From positions 1-61,570 of the IMG/VR virus record IMGVR_UViG_3300036853_000133: DNA of 61,570 bases, one strand, 5' to 3'. Position 1 is the first letter of the stretch. Each line of letters starts with the position of its first letter. Origin of the DNA: a virus (Duplodnaviria; Caudoviricetes). A program made the position numbers and the translations under genes. Below, piece by piece: positions 55,592-61,570 of the stretch. Below the pieces are notes generated by a model that was not told the origin of the DNA, did no database searches, and saw only the letters and a program-made list of their open reading frames with translations.

Positions 55592-55621
55592 AAAATCAGG
55601 TCCGCCCGAAGACGGACCTGA
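55592..55621 (-). terminator. terminator after the major capsid gene
   Basis: TCAGGTCCGTC-TTCG-GGCGGACCTGA-TTTT. Confidence 0.8.
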
Positions 55622-55653
55622 CTGCTTGGTTCATTCGTCGAAACGAATGCGAC

Positions 55654-57012
55654 TTACGTCGTCGCCTGGAAAGTGCCGTAGATGAAGGCTTGCGGCCGAT
55701 AAATCGCGAGGGCGAGCCGCTCTTCCGCGCGGATCGTGACGAGGTTCTTCACGAAGTTGTCGTTGTCTTCGGTCGACACCTCGACGTTCGCGTCTTCGCG
55801 ATCGAACACCTGGGCACCCAGCTTGAACGCGCCGGTCAAGAACTTGGTCACGGTCATTGCCGGGGTTGCAACGACAGGGCGGCCCCAAAGCGTCGGAGAC
55901 GTGACGGTCTGCGGGTTGGTGAAGATATAGCGCCCCTCGTTGTCTTTCGTCAGCTCGATACGCGCCCAGTCGGTCGGGTTGATGACGATGCCGGTAGCCG
56001 GCAGCAACGCCAATTCAGACTGAAGGATCGCCAAACGAATGGCGTCGATGCGGTTCGGAGTTTCCGGCGCGAACGCCGCCGAATATGCGGTCGCCTGCGT
56101 GACAAGGCCGCTGAGATGATTGCCAAGGCCAGAGCCCAGCAGCAACTCGGCTTCCTCCACGTAGGCGAGACCGTAACGCAGACGGCCGTCGATCTGCGAC
56201 TGCAACTGCGGAAGATCGTCCAGGATCTGCTTGGATGCGCGAATCCAGTGCGCGATCGTCGCGACGTTGGCGGTCACGAGCTGATCGACAAGCGTCGACT
56301 CCGGCTTCGTGACGCCTTCCGAGACGACCGCGGCGTTGTTCGTGAACGAGGTCTCCTGCACGTATTGCACCGCATTCGAGTTGGTGCGACCAGGCGTGAG
56401 AAGATCGCGCACCGTCATGCGACGTTCCGGCGGGATGAGTACGCCGGGCTGACGATCCGGGGCCACAACGGCGCCGGTCATCGACGCAGTCGTGATCGCC
56501 TTCACGTCGATGCGAACGCGACCGCGGGCCTTGCTGCTCTCCGCAGCGAACTGCTTGACCTTGTCGTTAGCGACGAACTGTTCGCCCGGGGACATCTCCT
56601 CGATCGTGCGTTCGTGCTTGTGGCCGCCAGCCATCTTCTGTTCGAGTTCAGATGTGCGCGCCTTCAGCTCGTTGATCGTATCCGGCATCTTCGCCAGATC
56701 CTCGATCTGCTTGCGCAGCTCGCCCTGCTCGGCGATGGCCTTGTCGGTCTTCTCCTTGAGGTCGCCCGTGATCTTGTCGCCGGCCTCGCTCTTGGTCTTG
56801 TACTCCTTGCCGAATTCCTTGACCTGGCCGGTGACCTCATCGAGCTTCTTCGTCAGCGCAATGATGTCGTCGGCCGTGAAGCCGCCGCCGCTTCCGTCTT
56901 CGGCCTTGAAACAGATTTGCGGACGGCCAATCTGCCGCATTCCTGTCGGCACGGCACAAAGCCATGCGGCGCCGCCCGACATCAGGGCCGCGTGCAAAAT
57001 CAGATTCTTCAT
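55654..57012 (-). CDS. HK97-fold major capsid protein
   Basis: Coiled-coil delta domain, VSEGVTKPES, IAHWIRASKQILDD, FVKNLVTIRAEERLAL. Confidence 0.95.
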   Translation of the reverse strand: MKNLILHAALMSGGAAWLCAVPTGMRQIGRPQICFKAEDGSGGGFTADDIIALTKKLDEVTGQVKEFGKEYKTKSEAGDKITGDLKEKTDKAIAEQGELRKQIEDLAKMPDTINELKARTSELEQKMAGGHKHERTIEEMSPGEQFVANDKVKQFAAESSKARGRVRIDVKAITTASMTGAVVAPDRQPGVLIPPERRMTVRDLLTPGRTNSNAVQYVQETSFTNNAAVVSEGVTKPESTLVDQLVTANVATIAHWIRASKQILDDLPQLQSQIDGRLRYGLAYVEEAELLLGSGLGNHLSGLVTQATAYSAAFAPETPNRIDAIRLAILQSELALLPATGIVINPTDWARIELTKDNEGRYIFTNPQTVTSPTLWGRPVVATPAMTVTKFLTGAFKLGAQVFDREDANVEVSTEDNDNFVKNLVTIRAEERLALAIYRPQAFIYGTFQATT

Positions 57013-57028
57013 CGCTGTGAGTCCTTTT

Positions 57029-57751
57029 TCAGATTTCCAGTTGGGTGAAGCTGTCGACGCGCTTGCGGAAATCCGCGAGCGCCTTTGCGACAGCAGGATT
57101 CGCCTCATCACCCCCAGACTCACTCCGGATGGCCTTCGCATAACCGACAGAGGCGATCTGTACGGCCATACTCTTCGGGACCCCTGCCTCACGCAGGATG
57201 TCCTCAAATTCCTTGGTGGGAAGCGGCTCGCCGTCGCGTAGTTTTCGCGCCAGAATTTCCAGCTTGCCCCATGCGTCGCTCTTCACAGCCTCTACCAATG
57301 CGCGGCGATTGGCCGGAAACGAAACGATGGATACTTCCATCAGATCGAGCTTGATCAGCTTGCGCGGCTCACCATCCTTCGATGGCTCAACATCAACTTC
57401 CCGGTATCCGATCGACATGCCGCGAACGGCCTTCGCCTTGAGCAACGCATGCGTCTTGTCAGCAGTTGGGACATTTTGATTGATCAGCAGCCCGCCTTCG
57501 GAATAGAGCCCCTTGCCATCGTCGGAGAAGTCATCCCAGACGCCGATCGGCTCATCCGAATTGTGCTGCCATAGCATCAACGGATAGCTTCCTTCGCGCT
57601 TATGACGCGCGAGAGAGTCCGAGAACGCGCCGGGAAGCACGACCTCGTTGTAACTGTCCCTGACGTTGAACACGGAAGCATAGCCCTTCAGCTTCCCGGC
57701 TTCGTCAAGAGCCTTGACTTCGAACCCGAATGCTTTGGTTTTCATCGTCAT
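57029..57751 (-). CDS. HK97 prohead protease
   Basis: GYASVFN, LWQHN, GMSIGYR, LMEVSIVSFPAN. Confidence 0.95.
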   Translation of the reverse strand: MTMKTKAFGFEVKALDEAGKLKGYASVFNVRDSYNEVVLPGAFSDSLARHKREGSYPLMLWQHNSDEPIGVWDDFSDDGKGLYSEGGLLINQNVPTADKTHALLKAKAVRGMSIGYREVDVEPSKDGEPRKLIKLDLMEVSIVSFPANRRALVEAVKSDAWGKLEILARKLRDGEPLPTKEFEDILREAGVPKSMAVQIASVGYAKAIRSESGGDEANPAVAKALADFRKRVDSFTQLEI

Positions 57752-58995
57752 GGCGTGGGCTCCGGAATTGGCTCGCCTGGCGCGTGTTGCACCCGTGCAA
57801 CACGATTGCCGACTTGCGTGAGCGGAATGAGCGTGGAATTGACGAGAGCGACATCGCCGCCGTCGACAGGCAGACGATTGAGTTTCTTGCGACCCTCGTT
57901 CGGCGTCATCTGCGCGTTCTGAATCTGGCTGTTGATCAGCGCCGCGCGAGCCGCGCTATCAGCACGCAACAGACTGTCGCGATCAAACTCGGCGTAATAC
58001 TTGCGACGATCGCCCGGCAGCAGCAGGCGCTTGTTGATCGATGACTCGATATTGCGCAGGAACGAGTCGAGCCCAAGCGTCAGCCACGCAAGGATTATGT
58101 TTTCAACACCCGACCCCCACATGGTCTGGCCATCGGAGGCGTGACCCAACAGAATCGGAGGAACGCCCATGAACCGCGCAACGTCTTCTATGTTGTGCTT
58201 GCGCGAGAGCAACATTTCCGCATCCTTCGGCGGAATGTTGATCGTCTTGAAATCGAATGAGGGCGGCAGGATTCCGTAATGCGCCTTCGCATCATTGCCC
58301 GTGATCGGGTCGATGAAGACTTCTTTGAAATCCTTTCGCTGCGTTTCGTTGGAGAGCGGCCCGGTAAAGAACCCCGACAACCGCATGCCCTGAGCGAACG
58401 TCTTTCCAACTGCCTCTTCTGTCGCAAGCGAAATACTCAGCGCCTGTCGCGCAGCCGTCAGAGGTGAGAGCCCCAGATCACCACCAAGGTTGAATCCCTT
58501 GGTGTGAAACACCTTATCGCGCGGCAAATCGTCGCTGTAGGGCCGCCCAGGAATGCAATACCAAAGACTGCCGTCCGAACGCCGGTAGGGTCTCGTCGTG
58601 AACGGCAGCGGCTCCAGCGTTACAAGGCGATCGCCACTGAATTTCTTTTCCGCAAATGCATTGCCGGAAATGCACAGCGCGGCAGACTGGCATCCCCAGA
58701 ACTCAAGGGGCGTCTGATCGATATTCGGACTGAGCGATATCAGCTCCGCAACGTAGTGGTCCGGAGCCGGCTTGCGATTGTCATCAGCGATGCGCTCATA
58801 GAACTTGAGCGACATGGCGCCAGTGACTTCAGCATAGAGCTTGACCGACCGCCACCAGGCGGAAATCTCCATCGCATTGTCGTGCGTGACGGGTTTCCCA
58901 GCCCAGTTTCCATAGCCCAACTGCTCGCGAATCTTCGCCCATTCAGAGACGTTCGCTAGTCCGAACTTCTGCGCTGCCCATGATAGAAGGCCCAT
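57748..58995 (-). CDS. HK97 portal protein
   Basis: GNAFA, GLSPL, VARFMGVPP, LLRADS, MTPNEGR. Confidence 0.95.
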   Translation of the reverse strand: MGLLSWAAQKFGLANVSEWAKIREQLGYGNWAGKPVTHDNAMEISAWWRSVKLYAEVTGAMSLKFYERIADDNRKPAPDHYVAELISLSPNIDQTPLEFWGCQSAALCISGNAFAEKKFSGDRLVTLEPLPFTTRPYRRSDGSLWYCIPGRPYSDDLPRDKVFHTKGFNLGGDLGLSPLTAARQALSISLATEEAVGKTFAQGMRLSGFFTGPLSNETQRKDFKEVFIDPITGNDAKAHYGILPPSFDFKTINIPPKDAEMLLSRKHNIEDVARFMGVPPILLGHASDGQTMWGSGVENIILAWLTLGLDSFLRNIESSINKRLLLPGDRRKYYAEFDRDSLLRADSAARAALINSQIQNAQMTPNEGRKKLNRLPVDGGDVALVNSTLIPLTQVGNRVARVQHAPGEPIPEPTP

Positions 58996-59035
58996 CAGCG
59001 AATAACCTTCATCGCGGGATCGGAAATGTGCGCGA

Positions 59036-60853
59036 TCAACCAGGCTTCATGGACTTCAGGAAGTCGTCCAGGCTTTCGCCCTTCGGACCCATCGCGAGGG
59101 CCTCTGCCATGACGGCAGCGACGATTCCATCGATCGATTGCTCGGAGCGCTTCTTCGCCGGCACAAAGTTCATGTTTTCGTCAAAGCGCACGTGGCAGTG
59201 CTGGATCATCCAGCGTGCGATCGGGTTGCCGCCGTGGTCGATCGCGCCGCCAAGAATCTTGCGCTCGAATTCCTTGGTCGGCGGCCCAAGCGTCTTCGTC
59301 CCGAATCGCAACTCAAGGAACAGATCTTCAGGCAACGGCCGATCATCGGTCTGCGGATTAACGAGTTCGGTATAGAACGGCAACGCCTGGAACGGATCGT
59401 ATCCGACCTTAGTCACATTCCACCGCGCGAGGCTCTTGCGAACTTCCGTGATGGCATAGCGAAGCTCAAAGACCTCACCGGGAATGGAAACCAAAAGACC
59501 GGACTTGACCCAATACGCGAACTCGTTCTGCAGGTTCTCCGCCCGACCGCGCCTCGCGATCGTCGCTTCGGGCAAGAAGAATTTCCACAAAAACTTCGGG
59601 CGCTCGCCATGCTTTAGAGGTTCGAACCGCCAGCACATCGCCGCGAAGTCGAAGTTCTTCGTGGAGTCGAATGTCAAAACACAGGAGCGACCGTCCGCGA
59701 TACGATCCTCAGACCCCGTGTCGTACCAACGCCGCCACGCCTCCTTGTCTTTGACGTCGTCGCGACATGCGTCCCACTTCGAAACCGGTATCCACCGGAC
59801 CAGATCCTCAATCCACTGATTGAGGTGATATCGGCGGAACTCAGCTTCTGCTCGCGGACTCTCCAGCGCCTTGGAACGCTCTCCATGCAAGAACTTCATC
59901 GTCGGCGAGAGGCCGATTGACGGATTCACGCGAGCGATAAGCTTGTCGTCCTTCCAATCTTCCTCATCACCCGCGGCGAAGAGCACCACCATGATCGACG
60001 GATCATCGAGACGACCGTCGAGTAGCTTCTCGGATTCCTGATAGAGTTCGCGCCCAACAACCTGCGTCTTCAATCCGGCTGTTCCGGCATAGAGACGCAT
60101 CGGTTGGAGCTGCGCACCTTCGCCTTGCCGGAGCGCGTCGGCGAGCGCACGTGAGGCCCACTCTTCCATTTCGTCGCCGACCGTGACGGCCGGGGCGCGA
60201 CCTTGCTTGCCCTTCGCCTTGCCCGGCATCAACCGGAACGGCGCCTTGATCTTCTGGACCCAGAGCTGGCGGTTGAGAACGCGAACTGACTTCTTCATCG
60301 TCGGCGAGTTGCCGACCATATCTCCCATTTTGTCGAAGACTTCGCGCGCCTGACTCTCGTCGTGGGCGAACACGAACCCGGTAGCGCGATAGGTGCCCTC
60401 GTAATACCAGAAGTACAGCGCGAGCGCAGCGAAGAATTCCGACTTTCCGTTCTTGCGCGGCACCCAGAGCCGCAATTCCTGGAACAGTCGGACGTGAACG
60501 GTCGTCGGCTTCAGCGTCTCAGGATCGAGTATCTCAGTCGGCGCCTTCCAGCCAACCAGAAGGCGGACCGTAACCTCTTGCCAGAACAGCAGGCGAAACG
60601 GCTTGCCTGCGAATCGCAGCGTCGTGAGCGTGAACCAGCGAGGAAACTGCTCAACGACGCGATCGGCTTTCTTGGCATCGAACCACGAGCCAGGAACACG
60701 CGAAGCACGCTGCCAGTTCTGGCGCGCCCAACCCCAGCCGAATTCATCGGCTGCCTGCGTAATCCATTCCGGCTCAGGATGAAGGCAGGGAGGCGACGCA
60801 GACAGCAGTGACGTTTCGTGTTCGGTCGAAGACGCGACCTCGATCAATTCCAT
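59036..60853 (-). CDS. terL: terminase large subunit
   Basis: Walker A PRKNGKS, GDE, FRRYHLNQW, IDGIVAAVMA. Confidence 0.95.
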   Translation of the reverse strand: MELIEVASSTEHETSLLSASPPCLHPEPEWITQAADEFGWGWARQNWQRASRVPGSWFDAKKADRVVEQFPRWFTLTTLRFAGKPFRLLFWQEVTVRLLVGWKAPTEILDPETLKPTTVHVRLFQELRLWVPRKNGKSEFFAALALYFWYYEGTYRATGFVFAHDESQAREVFDKMGDMVGNSPTMKKSVRVLNRQLWVQKIKAPFRLMPGKAKGKQGRAPAVTVGDEMEEWASRALADALRQGEGAQLQPMRLYAGTAGLKTQVVGRELYQESEKLLDGRLDDPSIMVVLFAAGDEEDWKDDKLIARVNPSIGLSPTMKFLHGERSKALESPRAEAEFRRYHLNQWIEDLVRWIPVSKWDACRDDVKDKEAWRRWYDTGSEDRIADGRSCVLTFDSTKNFDFAAMCWRFEPLKHGERPKFLWKFFLPEATIARRGRAENLQNEFAYWVKSGLLVSIPGEVFELRYAITEVRKSLARWNVTKVGYDPFQALPFYTELVNPQTDDRPLPEDLFLELRFGTKTLGPPTKEFERKILGGAIDHGGNPIARWMIQHCHVRFDENMNFVPAKKRSEQSIDGIVAAVMAEALAMGPKGESLDDFLKSMKPG

Positions 60854-60859
60854 GACGCA

Positions 60860-61486
60860 TCAGTTCGGCCGATCGACTGGAGGCATTGAGTCAAATTCTG
60901 ATCCCGCTCCGATTCCGTCGTCATCGTGAACTGGCGCGGCTTCATCGCCAGTATTCGGCGATCGCCCGAGCGGACCCCACTCATCCGATCCGCCTCCGGC
61001 AGAGGCGAACTCGCGCTCCAGAACCGCACGATCAAGTGCGGTCAGTCCGAAGCGTTTCGAAAGCTCAAGCACCCGCTGTGACGCCACATCGCGGATCCCG
61101 ACCGCGGGGTTCGTCCAAGGACGCATCCCGCCAGCCGTGGCCTTGGCCATCTTGGAGAAGCCGTTCTTCTTCACGTCGGAGTCGGCTGCAAAGAACTCCG
61201 CCTGGTAGACGCAGTACATCGCGAACGTCAGGCGATCGAGGGCGCCGAGAAAGTGGTTCTTGTGCAGCAGCGCTGCGCACGCATGCCAGATCGCGAGAAC
61301 ATCCTTATAGAGCGGTGCCAGCATGAACGGCGGCGCGGCAAGCTGATCGCCGCCATCGGCCGGGATATCCGCGAGCAGCTTTGCGCGGGCGTCCGCCTCT
61401 TCGATAAAACGCTCTACCTTTGTCCTGCGCTTGCCAGGATTGCCCTTTTCCCGCTGATCACGCGGGTTATCTCGCCGACGACCCAT
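60860..61486 (-). CDS. terS: terminase small subunit (P27 family)
   Basis: GNPGKR, LDRLTFAMYC, NPAV, FGLTALDR. Confidence 0.9.
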   Translation of the reverse strand: MGRRRDNPRDQREKGNPGKRRTKVERFIEEADARAKLLADIPADGGDQLAAPPFMLAPLYKDVLAIWHACAALLHKNHFLGALDRLTFAMYCVYQAEFFAADSDVKKNGFSKMAKATAGGMRPWTNPAVGIRDVASQRVLELSKRFGLTALDRAVLEREFASAGGGSDEWGPLGRSPNTGDEAAPVHDDDGIGAGSEFDSMPPVDRPN

Positions 61487-61570
61487 CTGCCTTGCCGGGC
61501 AAGCCCGACCCTCCGTATTTGGTCTCGCAAAAAAAATATCCGCCGGATTTCGCGTAAAAATTTTCGATTT

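Noticed and set aside
55690-57048. 452-aa plus-strand ORF
   Set aside because: Antisense shadow of the GC3-biased capsid gene; the same applies to 52118-53245, 46581-47459 and 26472-27401.

Overview
This looks like a complete ~61.6 kb temperate siphovirus genome of an alphaproteobacterial host, probably Bradyrhizobium/Rhizobiales (inferred from GapR, DUF3309, GTA-like tail genes and promoter style). It is opened at or near cos, with the HNH gene at the left end and terS at the right end, and has an intact internal attP (3' half of tRNA-Pro-CGG) next to the integrase. Gene order: late control and replication (NusG-like, HTH replication protein, C5 and MT-A70 MTases, GapR, beta clamp, HD hydrolase); a ~2.5 kb structured region; the cro/cI switch with four operators; an early operon (Nmad5, ParB-like, two more MTases, 5hmU-DNA-kinase-like); xis/int/attP; lysis; an acyltransferase moron; tail; an HK97-type head. 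The most unusual features are four. (1) A glycosylation/methylation cassette sits inside the head-neck operon, and its Maf/sialyltransferase-like domain has no start codon, so it is apparently fused to a small head protein by a -1 frameshift at C-CCT-TTA. (2) A 1021-codon ORF coupled to cro runs through an array of structured RNA modules and nested genes. (3) A nested alternative-frame ORF lies inside the C5 MTase. (4) A thymine-hypermodification kinase has no visible source of 5hmU. All family calls are from motif recognition by eye; no searches were run.
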